DNA of 63,228 nucleotides, filler included, from Octopus bimaculoides (Eukaryota): NCBI RefSeq assembly GCF_001194135.2. It is 4 parts of 4 records of this genome, joined end to end, with 100 filler letters (N's around TTAATTAATTAA, not from the genome) between each part and the next. Parts side by side here need not be neighbours in the genome. Positions count along the whole stretch, not along the records: positions 1 to 26,794 come from NC_068988.1; 3 more parts are not named here. One strand, 5' to 3'. Positions 1-13,696 of the stretch are shown here, piece by piece. The number at the start of each line of letters is the position of its first letter. Positions within the stretch are counted from its first letter, which is position 1. A program made the position numbers and the translations under genes. The notes under the pieces are model-generated. The model was not told the origin of the DNA. It did not search any database and saw only the letters and a list, made by a program, of their open reading frames with translations.

Positions 1-464
1 CTTACAAAGGTCATGTAAAAAGAAAACTTTTCCGTCCTCCTTTCTTGCCTTTCTTCCAATCATTTTCTTTCTCTTTCTTTTCTCAATCCTTTAGCTTCAT
101 TATTTTCTTTACTTCTCTACTGCTTGTGTTTCTGCCTCTGGCAAGAGTAACAAACAGTAAAAATCGACGCAACATTCATCTAACAACGTTTGAGTTTAGT
201 AGAGCGTATAGGTTGGCGAAGCGAATTCTTCAGCGTAAGAAACGAAAGGGGAAAAATGTTAGCAAGGGAAAGATGTAAAGGAATATGCGACAGGCAAAAT
301 ACTGGGTGGGACTTTATTCCAGAAATCCCTTAGGCTACCTAAATAGTCGTCCTAACGTTGACTGGTTTGCTCTGTACTGGTGTTGTTACTGTTTTTTTTT
401 TGGGGGGGGGGGTTTGGTTTTGCATTTGCTGGTATGTTACTTAGACAAAAATATACTGCAATAA

Positions 465-834
465 AATTACTTATCTTTTGCATGTTTCAGTCATTGGACA
501 ACATCCATGCTGAGGCACAGCCTAGAAAGGTTTTAGCTTAGTTCTTTTATTTTTTAATAAATAGTCTTATACATATTTTATCGATATCTTTTGCCGAATC
601 CCTAGGCTACGGCGATATGAAAAAATTAACACCGGTTCTCAAGCGGTGGAAGTATAAACACGAAGATACACACACAACACGCATATATATGACAGACTTC
701 CACACAGTTTCCGTCAACCAAATTCACACACAAGACATGAGGCTATGATGGAAGACACTTGTCAAGGTGATGCACAGTGAGACCGAACCCGAAACTACAT
801 GATTGCAAAGCGGGCTGCTTAACCACACAGCCAT
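465..834 (-). mobile_element. tRNA-derived SINE, family A (diverged copy)
   Basis: Reverse complement matches the other family A copies: head ...ccacacagccat at the right end, tail tgtttcagtcatt..ccatgctg at the left end. Confidence 0.75.
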
Positions 835-3109
835 ATCAACTAAAATTATTTTTAGAGAATGACAGTTGATGATTTCTTTGCTCTGTTGTGTATCAAAAAG
901 TTAGTCTACTTAGCTGCGTGCTGTTTACGGTTAAACAAAGCACCAAATTCGAGAAATGAAAGACCCAGGCAAGAATTGAACTGGCAGTACGAACTCCTGT
1001 CACTGGGTGATTAGCAGCATTTTATAGCTTCTGCAATAAAATATAAATAGTTGTAACTGAGCATTTATTACTTTATATTTCGTAACTTCCTCTCTGTTCT
1101 TCCCTTCTTCCCATCACACGTGTTGTCACAAGGATACTTTAGAATGCAAAGCTTCGAATTCAGAGAATACCACACAAGTTGCATATACTACAGATTGGTG
1201 ATTACATCAGACGGCACATTTATAATACATGGTTCACTGTCATTAAAGTCAATTGAGAGTTCGGAGGACATTGGGAGAGAGGAAATGTGTAATATACTAA
1301 GTACATTCCAAGAGAAAAGAGAGTGTATAAGAAAACCATCTTTGTGTACGAAAAAGTGTGTGTGTGTGTGTGTGTGTGATGTAAATAATTTTGTGTATAT
1401 GCGTTTGGAAACCTATGCTTAAGTGTATCTGTGTAAAAGTTTGTAATTGAACATGTGTATGTGCTTAGTGGTGTGCTTAAGTAAAATGAAATATGACTTC
1501 TGAAATGATTGGAGCAGACGATATTGTTCAACACTGGTTGAAAGCTTGATTCATTTGGTTCACTGAATGCAGAGTAGATTTTCTTTTGACTCCCGCTGTT
1601 TCATAATTTGTTCAGGTGAATTAAAGTTGACAGTCCGTACATATATTTCATTGTCTAAATATCTAGCTAACCGAAATAAACAGTCAATGCTCAATATATG
1701 GAAGATTTTTATGGTTTATCCCCCAGTCTATCCTTGACCTCTTCTTGTTTTAACTCTGTAAGCCATTTCTCTGTCCTGTTTGAACTATGTCTACCTTCCC
1801 AACCGTTTGCAATATCTATTTTCATTTCACTTAATACTTTGTTTGAAATCCCAAATGACTGTGTGACTAGGGTAGTGGGTAACTATCAAAACCTGGGTGG
1901 TTCGAATTCTGCCACTTGGCAAAGGCGCTTAACTTCCTCACTGAAATCAGAGGCACCACAGAAAAGTTGAGTTATTTTTTATTTAATGCTGCTGCCCACC
2001 ATAAACACCTGCCCGTCTATCTGCCTATTTACCTGCCTGCCTGCTTGATTAATGCCTGTGAGAGATGGTTGATATTTATAGTTCCTTACTCCAAAGACTC
2101 ATGGCATACAATCACCCGTGATCAGTTGGATATTCTCCTCAGCATGAAGCATAACCACCGTTATACTTCATCTCTCGATCTCCAAATTCCTTCCTCTCTA
2201 TCGCACCCACTTCCTCTCTCTCTCTCTCTCGCTCCCTCTCTCTCGCTCCCTCTCTCTCACTCCCTCTCTTTCTCAACCTTCACCCAACTTCCATGCTCTT
2301 CTTCCTTCTCTGTATCAATTAATTGGATTACTGACAAGTGTTTAATACCTTCAGTAGTGTTTATAAAACAGCCAGCTACGATGATTCTCCTTATATTAAT
2401 CATGTTCCTTAAGACTGGGGGAATAAATGAAAGTGTATAGACTTGAGCGGAATTTTAACTAATTCAATAGATCTGATAAAACGTAGAAGCTTCGGTGAAG
2501 AGCCAAATTTTCCTTATATGAGTATAAATCATAGTAATTATTGTGGAAAAACATTACATGATGATCAAACAGATGTGCTATTGTAGCTTTCATTTAATAA
2601 GTTTGTTAGAATTTTCAATTAATTATCAGTGAAGTTCTGTAGTGTATAATATGACCTCGTGATGTCTTTTATTTATGATACATTAAAAAAAGTAATTTGA
2701 TGATAACTTCCACTGAATGACAATATGTGTGTGTATTAGTATCATCTATATCGTTTATATGATACGACTTACAATGTGACACATCCGTTCCTACAGCGAC
2801 ATAGCGCCATGTTGTAATTTGTGTGTGTTTGTGTGTGTGTGTGGGGGTGTGTGTGTGTGTGTGTATCTGAGCTTGTTTTTGTTTCACTGTTTTGGTCTCG
2901 AGACTACATGGTTACAAGTGCAGTGAGCAGACGACAGCGTCGATAGCAAAAGATCAGAGGAAGAGGAAAAACAGAAACAGAGGAAGAAAAGAGGAACAGG
3001 CATGTAATGAGAGTGGAAGAAAGAGGGAAATTAATTAAGGGCGGAGAGGAGAGTGACAGGGACAAGGGAAAGATACTTACACAGGAGAGAAATAGACTAG
3101 GCTTCTTTC

Positions 3110-3147
<38 letters not shown>

Positions 3148-4189
3148 ATATATATATATATGCATGAGAGAGAGAGAAGGAAAGGAGGAAAGAAACAGAA
3201 AGAGTGTGAGACTCATGCAGGTAGACATGCACTTGCATATTTTAAAGAGCATTGATTAACATAACGAGGGATCGAATTACGAAAGCTCCCTAGTGAACCA
3301 TCTGACCTCTGTTGACATTTGCAGTCAAATGCACGAACATGCACTTAATCTCCACTTATATAAGACACAAATAATTGCACACGCACACACACACACACAC
3401 ACATACATCTGTACGTGTGTGCATATATANNNNNNNNNNNNNNNNNNNNNNNNNNNNNNNNNNNNNNNNNNNNNNNNNNNNNNNNNNNNNNNNNNNNNNN
3501 NNNNNNNNNNNNNNNNNNNNNNNNNNNNNNNNNNNNNNNNNNNNNNNNNNNNNNNNNNNNNNNNNNNNNNNNNNNNNNNNNNNNNNNNNNNNNNNNNNNN
3601 NNNNNNNNNNNNNNNNNNNNNNNNNNNNNNNNNNNNNNNNNNNNNNNNNNNNNNNNNNNNNNNNNNNNNNNNNNNNNNNNNNNNNNNNNNNNNNNNNNNN
3701 NNNNNNNNNATATATATATATATATATCAATACGCATGCATGTGATGTGTATTTCTATATACACATATGTATATACACCTAAAAATACATTAGCAAAAAC
3801 TATGCTTGCATTGCAATGTAATAGCTGTTTGTCTATTTATCGCTGCGTGGAAGTATTATATATACATACCCGTATGTAAGTATATATGTGTGTATGTTTG
3901 TGTATATATGTCTGATTCTGTCGTTGTATGTATATGTGTACTTTTTGTGTTTTTATTTTTCCTTAATTGCACGTCTTCGTGTCCAGCTGTATGCGTTCGT
4001 TGTCTATGGATCTAGGTATGTGTGAAAAAATGTTAAGTAGCTTGAATCTCAGTGTTTATGTAGCTTTTCTCCTTATATGTGCATTTATTGTACAACACCT
4101 GGCCGGAATACGTAGCAACGCATGCAATATGGCGATTGCTGCTAGAATTAAACCTTAAGGGAGACTTTTATCTGGTATTGTGTAGCTAT

Positions 4190-4345
4190 GACTCCTTATC
4201 CAGTGTGTCTTTTCTAAAGAATTTATGGTTTGAAGAAGATTCGGTTGGTTTTGATTTGAAAGAGATTTGGCTGTTATTTCTCTGTCTCTTCTAGATATGA
4301 TAATAATGTACGTTTGGTCTATTAAACCTAGAGCTTCCAACAGAG
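4190..4345 (-). repeat. Dispersed repeat family E fragment (gagatttggctgttatttct motif)
   Basis: The motif recurs in this window near 14625-14690, 33745-33920 and 58215-58260. Class not determined. Confidence 0.4.
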
Positions 4346-4456
4346 GTAATATCTTTTTTTATCATGGGAGGAGCTAATATCACAAGATTTATATCTTAAA
4401 TCTTCCAACTGAGATGCATATTTTTCTGCACACTCTGCTCTCCACTATATAAAATA

Positions 4457-4672
4457 TCCTTTCTACTATAGGCACAACGCCTGAAATTCCGGGAGAGGTG
4501 ACTAGTCGATTACATCAACTCCAGTGGTCAACTGGTACTTATTTCATCAACCTCCGAAAGAATGAAAGGTAAAGTCGACCTCGGCGGAGTTTAAACTCAG
4601 AACGTAAGGAGAAACGAAATACCGCTAAGCATTTTGCTTGGCGTGCTAACGATTCTGCCAGCTCGCCGCCTT
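4457..4672 (-). mobile_element. tRNA-derived SINE, family B (full length)
   Basis: Minus strand reads ggcggcgagctggcagaatcgttagcacgcc (A-box-like) ... gagtttaaactccgcc (B-box-like) ... gtcgactttacctttcattctttcggaggttgatgaaataagtaccag ... tgtgcctatagtagaaaggat. More than 10 homologues in the window. Confidence 0.9.
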
Positions 4673-4682
4673 GTTCACTATA

Positions 4683-5019
4683 AAGGGTAAAGGGTAAAGG
4701 CCCCTTTCGGGCATAAATGACCATGGGATTGCACTTAGAAAGTTCCCTTCCTAGACACAAGTCCGGGAAAGGTTGTTTGTGGAAGACCAGCAATCACCCA
4801 TTCATACCAACCTCTCGTCTCCACGACACTGATGTTATCCAAGGAAAAGGCAAAAGCCGATACAGCTTGGCACCGGTGATGTTGCAAATCATTTCCACAG
4901 CTGAGTGAACAGGAGCAATGTGTAATAAAGTGTCTTGCTCAAGAACACAACACACATCTCGGTCCGGGAATCGAACTCACTACTTTATGATTGTGAACCC
5001 GACGCACTAATCCTGAGCC
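4683..5019 (-). mobile_element. tRNA-derived SINE, family D (CORE-like centre, (TTTACC)n tail)
   Basis: Minus strand has B-box gagttcgattccc, then ttgagcaagacacttt...ttcactcagctgtggaaatg (MIR/CORE-like from memory), ending in cctttacccttt. Sits head-to-head with the family A copy at 5021. Confidence 0.65.
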
Positions 5020-5020
5020 A

Positions 5021-5171
5021 GGCACAGGAGTGGCTGTGTGGTATGAAGCTTGCTTTCCAGCCACATGGTTCCAGGTTCAGTCCCACTACGTGGCACCTTT
5101 GGCAAGTGTCTTCTATTACAGCCTCGGGCCGACCAAAGCTTTGTGAATGGATTTATGAGACGGAAGCCCAA

Positions 5172-5218
<47 letters not shown>

Positions 5219-5425
5219 CCGCGTGTATTTGCGTGTCTGTATTTGAACCCGTAACCTAGCGATTCGGCAAAAGTAACTGATAGAATAAGTACTAGACTTA
5301 CAAAGAATTATGTCCTGGGGTCGATTTGTTCGACTAAAGGCATGGCCGCAATCAAATGACTGAAATTACTCCAGCATGACCGCAGTCAAATGACCAAAAC
5401 AAATAAAAAGAATAAAAGAAAAGAA
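5021..5425 (+). mobile_element. tRNA-derived SINE, family A, with internal (TG)n and duplicated 3' tail
   Basis: ggcacaggagtggctgtgtggt...ggttcagtcccact head; gcatggccgca..caaatgactgaaa tail occurs twice (about 5340-5400). Confidence 0.9.
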
Positions 5426-5691
5426 CACACACATACACACACACAAATACACACACAAATACACACACACACACTCATATATATATATATATATCGTCCA
5501 CTATATAAAATATATGAAACATTTATTCAAAGCCGTGTTAGCGCAAATCGCTTTACTTGAGTTTACTTGTTTCCGATTCTCAGGTGAGTGAATACCCATA
5601 CATAGATAGGGTGACTTCTTCTTGTATCGAATGTCATTTGAGACAACCTAGGCGGAAATACAGAAATATTTGCTTATAGTGATCTAGTGGC

Positions 5692-5696
<5 letters not shown>

Positions 5697-5752
<56 letters not shown>

Positions 5753-5762
5753 AAGAGAGAGA
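5697..5762. repeat. (GA)n microsatellite
   Basis: Seen directly. Confidence 0.95.
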
Positions 5763-6120
5763 TGACAAACGGAGGTCAACTAAGAACAAGAAAATGAAGA
5801 AAAATACTCTTTATGTATATGTGTCGATGCACCTATTACCCGTAAGTGTTATATGTGTGTACTGCTGCGTGAGTGCGAATACTGCTGTTGACAAGTTTCC
5901 TGCTGCAGTCGCTAACTTTTCCAACGCCGACGCCTCTCTTTCTTTTATACTGAGCCACCACCACCACCTCCTCATCCTTCCCTTCGTGGTCGTCGCTTAA
6001 CTATCTTCCTCTCTATTTCCATGTCACCCTTTCTCAGATTTCCTCCCTCTCTTTCTCACCACTTTCCTCTCACTACTTCCTTCTGCGGTCATCAATATAA
6101 TCTCCAGCCTTACTTTATCT

Positions 6121-6357
6121 CTTTTACTCTTTTACTCTTTTACTCTTTTACTTGTTTCAGTCTTTTGACTGTGGCCATGCTACAGCACCGCCTTTATAGT
6201 CGAACTAATCGACCCCAGGACTTATTCTTTGGAAGCCTAGTACTTATTCTATCGGTCTCTTTAGCCAAACCGCTACGTTACGGGGACGTAAACACACCAG
6301 CATCGGTTGTCAAGCGATGTTGGGGGAAAAAACACAGACGCACAAACATATACACAC

Positions 6358-6406
<49 letters not shown>

Positions 6407-6535
6407 TACGACGGGCTTCTTTCAGTTTCCGTCTACCAAATCCACTCACAAGGCTTTGGTCAGCCCGAGGCTATAGTAGAAGGCTGAACCCGGAACCATG
6501 TGGTTGGTAAGCAGGCTACTTACCACACAGCCACT
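6121..6535 (-). mobile_element. tRNA-derived SINE, family A (full length, (GTAAAAGA)n tail)
   Basis: Head taccacacagccact at 6535; tail cttttactcttttactc at 6121; internal (CA)/(TA) tract. Confidence 0.9.
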
Positions 6536-6926
6536 CGTCAACCAAGTTTTAGATGTCATGTCTATAAAATTCCTCATGCTTTGACCTACACGTTCGTGAC
6601 CTTCACTCTTGAAGTCCATCTCAAGTGTTTTTAAAACCCTGAAAGAAAATTACTCTCGAAAGAATATGGTGGAGGAAACAATTTTTTCCAATAGAGTGCC
6701 TCTAATACATTTTTGATTATCTGTACAGTATAGCTATCATGTTGAACAAGGGCCCCTTTTTCTGTTCGTTTAGAACGGCGTTTTTTTCCTTTCCAAATCT
6801 GTTTACAAACGCCGTAGTTGTCAGATTGCTGCTTAATAGTCCACACTGAACAGCTTGCATATTCCACCATATAGTCAACATGATCTCCTTTCGGTAAAAA
6901 TCTCTCAGCTGCGGAGTAGGTTTATG
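6536..6926 (-). pseudogene. Mariner transposase fragment (catalytic domain, frameshifted)
   Basis: Minus frames give KEIMLTIWWNMQAV and KGALVQHDS...KKLFPPPYSFES, matching mariner KxMLxxWW, HDNARPH and HPPYSPD motifs. Cut off by SINEs on both sides. Confidence 0.75.
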
Positions 6927-7141
6927 ATCTTTTCTATTATAGGCACAAGGCCTGATATTTGGGGGATGGGGATAGTCGATTAGATCGACCCCAGAACTCA
7001 ACTGGCATTTCATTTATCGACCCTGAAGCGATGAAAGGTAAAATCAACCTCGGCGGAATTTGAGCTCGGAATATAACGGCAGACGAAATACCGCTAGGTA
7101 TCTCGCCCTGCGTGCTAACGTTTCTGCCAGCTCACCGCCTT
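6927..7141 (-). mobile_element. tRNA-derived SINE, family B (full length)
   Basis: Colinear with the 4457-4672 copy. Confidence 0.9.
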
Positions 7142-7802
7142 GTACATGAGTTATATTGAAGACACAACTGTTCCAGTATAGTCTTTATATCAATGACTTT
7201 TCGTTTCTTCCTAGTGACACACCGCAGAATCATTTGTTGAACGCAGCACATGCAAACCTGTGTACTCGAAGTCGGGTATTCTTTTTGCTACTGTAGTTTC
7301 TCTTGGTAAGCGAACCATCAAGTTCCCNNNNNNNNNNNNNNNNNNNNNNNNNNNNNNNNNNNNNNNNNNNNNNNNNNNNNNNNNNNNNNNNNNNNNNNNN
7401 NNNNNNNNNNNNNNNNNNNNNNNNNNNNNNNNNNNNNNNNNNNNNNNNNNNNNNNNNNNNNNNNNNNNNNNNNNNNNNNNNNNNNNNNNNNNNNNNNNNN
7501 NNNNNNNNNNNNNNNNNNNNNNNNNNNNNNNNNNNNNNNNNNNNNNNNNNNNNNNNNNNNNNNNNNNNNNNNNNNNNNNNNNNNNNNNNNNNNNNNNNNN
7601 NNNNNNNNNNNNNNNNNNNNNNNNNNNNNNNNNNNNNNNNNNNNNNNNNNNNNNNNNNNNNNNNNNNNNNNNNNNNNNNNNNNNNNNNAAATACCCTAAT
7701 CAAATTAACAAAGAATATCATTCAATTTTCGAAAGCCCACAAATAAAGTAATACAAAGACAAGAGTGTTGTAAAACACGTCTTTGTCCAAATAAAACTTT
7801 AT

Positions 7803-7812
7803 AATGATGATG

Positions 7813-7875
<63 letters not shown>
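7803..7875. repeat. (AAT)n microsatellite
   Basis: Seen directly. Confidence 0.95.
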
Positions 7876-8713
7876 TTATAAGTAAATAAATAGGTAAATA
7901 AATAAGGAGGATAGGGACAAAATTTGAAGAAAAAATCTTTATCTCAGATTAATCCATAGAGATTACCACGGCATAAATAAGAACTGAACAGCAGACATTT
8001 CGTTTATAACTTGCGATTTGTACTCTGTGAACTTTTAATTAACGAAATCTATTGAACTGCTCAATGTATTCACACACACACACTCACGTACGTACGTACG
8101 TACGTACATGCATCATGCATGCATATAGCCCCTGTAATGCTTATGCTCTTTTATGTAGTTATCTATAATCGGCTTTGTACATCTCTCGGAAATGGATTTC
8201 AGAATCCATAGAACGGTGTCTTACCAGAAAGCCTCACTAAAAAGCTTTACCAAATAATATTAATAACGTCTCACATTTGCAGGGATTTGAAGGAATAATT
8301 ATAATAAACTGTTGGCAACAATGTTTGAACATTTAACTCGGTTAAGCTGGCCCTTTTGGAAACACCAACATATAGAAATCTTTATGAGGAAATTTTATGT
8401 TGCTATCATTGATTTTCCGGTAATTTTTATGGTTCTCTAACTGTCTTCCCCCTTCCATTCTTTTCCTTTTTCATTTTTGTTTTTCAATCGTGTACGTAAA
8501 GACATGATTAATATTCAGTCGACATAAAGTCTTCGTTACTTTAAAGTGCCGCAAGCGCCACACAAGTGTGTGTGTGTGTGTGTGTTAATGCAAACCTCGC
8601 CCAATAACTATTTCTCTCTGGTCACCTCGGCGCTCGCCATTACTTCACACTATTGTCCGAACATATAATTGTACCCCAATATGACTTTGATGGCATGTGC
8701 AACTCTCTCACTC

Positions 8714-8760
<47 letters not shown>

Positions 8761-8776
8761 TAATAATAATCATAAT

Positions 8777-8903
8777 AATAATAATATTTTCTACTGGAAG
8801 CACATGGCTTCAAATTTGGGAGAAGGGATTACATCGACCACAGAACTCAACTGGTACTTGTTTAATCGCTCGACGTGCTCACGATTCTGCCAGCTCGCAG
8901 CCC

Positions 8904-8905
<2 letters not shown>
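8777..8905 (-). mobile_element. SINE family B, internally deleted, lying between two (AAT)n tracts
   Basis: gattacatcgacc..aactggtactt joined directly to cgtgctcacgattctgccagctcgc. Confidence 0.8.
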
Positions 8906-8981
<76 letters not shown>

Positions 8982-9781
8982 TAACGATGATGATGATGAT
9001 GATGATAATAATAATAATAATACAGTTCTATATTCAAGAGATGAAGAATTATGTACATTATTTACATTATTTACATATGACGGATATTTGTCCTCATATT
9101 GTTTGTTGTTAATACTTATGCCTATATACAAGAGACAAATTCTCTTCTGAATTTCATAAGTTATTTCGATATTTATTTCTGTGGTTCTGTAATAATTTCT
9201 GAAGCCATAAAGTTAGCTTCGCACACACACACTACGATCTTTAACTTCATTCCGGGTCACAATAATAGAAAATCAGCGACACCAGTATGGTCTGTTGGAT
9301 AGAAATTAAAATCAGTTCTTGGTTATATTTGCGAAAATTTTATGGTTACTTGAAATCATTCTTCATTCATTCTTGTAGTCTTAGGAGAAATAAGGAGACA
9401 TAAATATAGCGATGACGATTATAGCTGCATCACTTAATAAATACTAAAACTGTGCCAAGAACACGAGTAGCAAATCTTTTCGGATTTAGTACAATATGGT
9501 AAATATGGTAAATATTTATTTCTGTAAGTTTAATGGATTGGTTACAGTCATGTGTGCCTCTATTAGAGACTCGGTACACTCATTATCTCTATTCCAGCGC
9601 CCATGTGTGCATGCGTATATTCATTATTACATGAAACAGTTTCAGTAAACATTTCATTTCAAATAGTTGTTGGCAAGCGAGATAATTGTTGTTCCACTAA
9701 ATTGTTGAGAATAATGAAACAGGACGTTTGGGCATTCGAATTTTGACCATAGTATATATGATTTTACACACAAACACACAC

Positions 9782-9817
<36 letters not shown>

Positions 9818-10044
9818 GCACACACTCACTCACTCACTCACTCACTCAACACACACATTGACTTCAGAGGGCTGGAAGGCGAAGCTGACGACAGCCTAAC
9901 TGGAACGAAAAGCATCAAGGGCTAGAGTTCATGCAGCAATGCATTTCGTCTGACGCTCTAATGACTCAGCCAACTCTCCGTCTCTTTCTCTTTGCACTCT
10001 CTGTCTGTCTGTCTGTCTTCCCTTTTCCTACCTGCAGTCCCTCA

Positions 10045-10082
<38 letters not shown>

Positions 10083-10184
10083 ACACACATATATATATAT
10101 ATATACAAACAATATATGAGTATATGCATATATATGTACATGTATGTATATACCTTCATCCACATGTACATATAGATACATAAC

Positions 10185-10272
10185 ATCGGTGGAATTTGAA
10201 CTCAGAACAAGACAAACGAAATGCCGCTAAGCATTTAGACGGCGTGCTAACGTTTCTGCCAGCTCACTGCCT
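10185..10272 (-). mobile_element. SINE family B head fragment
   Basis: ggaatttgaactcagaac...gtgctaacgtttctgccagctcactgcct. Confidence 0.8.
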
Positions 10273-10464
10273 TTCTCCCTCTCTCTTTCTTTCTTTCTGT
10301 CTGTCTGTCTATCTATTTATCTATCAATTTGTATGTATATATGCATGTATGTCATTGTTCAGTTTTATTTCAAGATTTCTTGTCAGTCGAGAAAGAGCTG
10401 GTTTCTAACCTAGATAGAAGGCTTTTACATTAGGATTTCAACATCAACACCAGGATTTTTTTTC

Positions 10465-10902
10465 TATGTATGTGTTCAGATTCGTATGTTTTGTTTTATG
10501 TATGTATTCTCATGCATATAGTTTCATATCTAGACATGCTCATATATATATTTAAATGATAAACTCCTGAAAAGTTTTACAGGTTTTTACAGTTCCAATG
10601 ATGGAATGGATCTGTAGTCTTCGAATTAGCTTTCTCCTTTCTGGTTTTGAGAAGCCTAATTTCTCAAGATTGATATTTAGGCAGCGTGTTACATATGCCA
10701 GGGCTCCAATAATTACAGGTATAAACCTGAACTTGTAATCTGGATAGAGTAACTGCAGATTTCTCAATAGTTCAGCATAGGTGTTCTCTTTTTCAATGAT
10801 CTTCAGCTTTATGTTAACATCCGCTGGGCAACTAATTTCCACAACTGTACACAGTTTCTTTCCTCTATCACAAATCATTATATCAGGTATGTTGTGTTTA
10901 CA
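10465..10902 (-). mobile_element. 5'-truncated RLE non-LTR retrotransposon (R4/Dong-like), copy 1, in (CATA)n
   Basis: Minus strand reads CKHNIPDIMICDRGKKLCTVVEISCPADVNI...[23 protein letters not shown]...GTVKTCKTF (stop at 10552), a PD-(D/E)xK-type restriction-like endonuclease C-terminus. catacatac lies immediately 5', acatacatag 3'. Confidence 0.85.
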
Positions 10903-10973
10903 TGTATGTATGTGTGTATGTATGTCCGTCTCTGTGCATGTATGAGTTTTTTTGTGTGTGGATGCGTGCGTAT

Positions 10974-11018
<45 letters not shown>

Positions 11019-11473
11019 TGTGTGTGTGTGCATATCTGTTAGTACGAATGTATGTGTTGGGATAATATATTCATTGCTCAGTGTCGGTGGTGCTGTCATT
11101 GAAAAATGTTTTGTTGGGTATCATTAGCAGATATTTAATACGTATATTAGTTGTAGGGTTCCTCTGATGGAGTAGCTACATTACTAGCGCTGTGTGTGTC
11201 GCTGATAAATGTATGTTGGAAAGATTGCTGAATGGAGGCGTTGATTGTTGTAATGGCGGTATTGTTAATGATAACACTGGTAGAAAATAGCGTGTTTCGG
11301 TAATGGTTGTTGTTGTTGGTAGGTGGGGGGGGAGTGAGTTATATTGTTGATGGATGCACTACCGCTGGTCGAGTTATTGTTTTTGTTGTTTCTCTCGTTT
11401 AGCCCAGAAGCCAAACCTGATTCAGCGTTCTAACCATGACCAACCCGTTTTTCTTTTGTTTTGTTTCTTTTTG

Positions 11474-11815
11474 TGTGGTTATGTGGTAAGGAGTTTGCTT
11501 TCTAACTACATGGTTCTGGTTTCAATCTCACCTTGAACAAGTGTCTTCTACGATAGCCCGAAACCAATTAAAGCCTTGTGAGTGGATTTGGTGGACGGAA
11601 ACTGAAAGAAACCCGCCATGACTTTGTGCTTGTGTTTGTCTCCCCACTTGACAATGATTGTTAGTGAGTCATCCACCCGTAACTTAGCGGCTCGATGACT
11701 GAGACCGATAGAATAAGTACAAGGCTATAAAAAATAAGTACTGGGTCAACTAAACCCTTCCAGGCAAAGCCCCAGCATGGCCGAAGTCCAATGACTGAAA
11801 GCAGTATAAGATAAC
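11474..11815 (+). mobile_element. tRNA-derived SINE, family A (diverged)
   Basis: gtggtaagg...aagccttgtgagtggatttggtggacggaaactgaaagaa...ccagcatggccgaagtccaatgactgaaa. Confidence 0.85.
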
Positions 11816-13662
11816 TAAGCAATAATCGATAAATAAACAAACAAATAAATAAATATGTGCATTCTATTCATTTTCTTCCTAATTCCTTAATTTCCCAATT
11901 CAAACTTTCAAATCCTACCATATATTATGAAGAAAGGATTATCTCTCTTATATTCCCTATCCGGTAGGGGACACCCATGTATCTAGGGCTATACTGGTCA
12001 ATATGTCGACCCCTTGTTTTTAAGAATGTATGATGTAATTTGTGTTAAATTGGGTTACTTTTTCTAGCAGGACATCAAACCACGTCGAAGCAACCTTCCC
12101 CACCATCACCTCAACCACCTAAAAAGTGTTAGTGATTGAGGTGGTGTTGGTGATGATGGTGATAATTACGTTAGTGTTGCTGTTTGTTTGCTTTTGGTTT
12201 TGTTCTATTCGTCGTTGTTGTTGTTGTTTAGCCCCAGGTCGAATCTGATTGAGCAGGTCTACGATCTAAGTACTTCCAGTAATGGCAAATCCATGTTTTA
12301 TTCTTTTTAAATACTATACATACCCTCTTATTTTTAAATGTGCTGTATGCAATCTGTAAGAGATTTTGCCGCTGTTACCTGCAGATCGTTCAAACCATGA
12401 ATAATCTCCCTTGGGAGTGTTGTTCATGTTGCCGACTGTGATGGCGGGAGTCTTGACTTCTTTTATTCTTATCCTTGTTTATGTTATTATTGCTGTTGCT
12501 GTAGTTAGTTTTACGACTGTTGTTGTTCTGAATGCTTTGATAGTGACGATGGGGATGTAATGATAGTGGTGATGGCAGCAATATTGTAGCAGTGAATGCA
12601 GCAGTGTTTTCGTTGATGGTGGTACACACTGTAGATATGACAATGGTGGTGACGGAGATAGTAGTGTTGATGGAGTTAGGGTGTTGTGAGGTATCCATAA
12701 CGACTGGGACAAATAACAACAATAGTTTCCCTGAAACCCATGAAGAAGAAATAACATACCAAATAAACTAGAATAATAAAATAAACAAAAAATTAAATAC
12801 AGGATCAACACGAGACAAAGATCTATGTCTGTCAAGCTGTAGGACAGATCAATCATAACACACACAATGCCCTTTGTCAAATGCTGGAATCATGGGTAGT
12901 TGGTTGGGTGGGAGACTCCCTAGATTGCTCACTTTCTCGATACGTGCATACATGTATCTGTGTGTGTGTGTGTGTGTGTGCGTGCGTGCGTGTACATTTG
13001 CATTTATATAAATGTATGTAAATATGTGTGCTTATAGATACATATGTGTGTGTATATACATATATATATGTATATATGTATATATATATATGTATATATG
13101 TATACGTAATATTACACACATATATATATGTATGTATATATATATGCATATATACATATCTATATATGTATATATATGTATATATATGTATACGTATATA
13201 TATATATATATGCATACATGTGTATGTATGTATGTTGTATGTATAGATTTGCGTATATGTACACATCTCTCGCTTTCTCCCAACTTACACAAACAAACGT
13301 GTTCTTGTACCCTGAATTCCTCTTCTCCCTGTTCCACTTCCCATTCTTCCTCTCCCGCAGGCATTTGGCTCTAAGACTTGAAACACCCGTTCTTATATAA
13401 ATTCTGGATGAGATGGAATGGCAGGAATCATGGAATAATGGACAAAATATATCGAATAATTTAGTTCCTTCCTTCCACGTTCTTAGGTTCAAATCCTGCA
13501 TGGTTCATTTTTAGTTCCCAGCCTGGAAGCGATACCAATGCATACTGATTCAAATGGCAATACTTTGCGTCTAAAACTGGAATCTACAAGGCATTTTATC
13601 CTACTATCTATGGACTTAGCCAATTTGGCTTGTAAAAAGATAAGAGCGATTACGAGGAAATG

Positions 13663-13696
<34 letters not shown>

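Noticed and set aside
1120-2440. ORFs of 100-174 aa near the window start
   Set aside because: No recognisable domain; they run into (TG)n or CT-rich repeats and are consistent with chance ORFs.
5575-5592. Strong splice-donor-like cag|gtgagt
   Set aside because: No convincing acceptor or open frame upstream; a single motif is expected by chance in 63 kb.
8669-9150. Poly-N / poly-I / poly-L ORFs (also 26240-26846 and 47986-48345)
   Set aside because: These are translations of (AAT)n/(GAT)n tracts around a SINE fragment.
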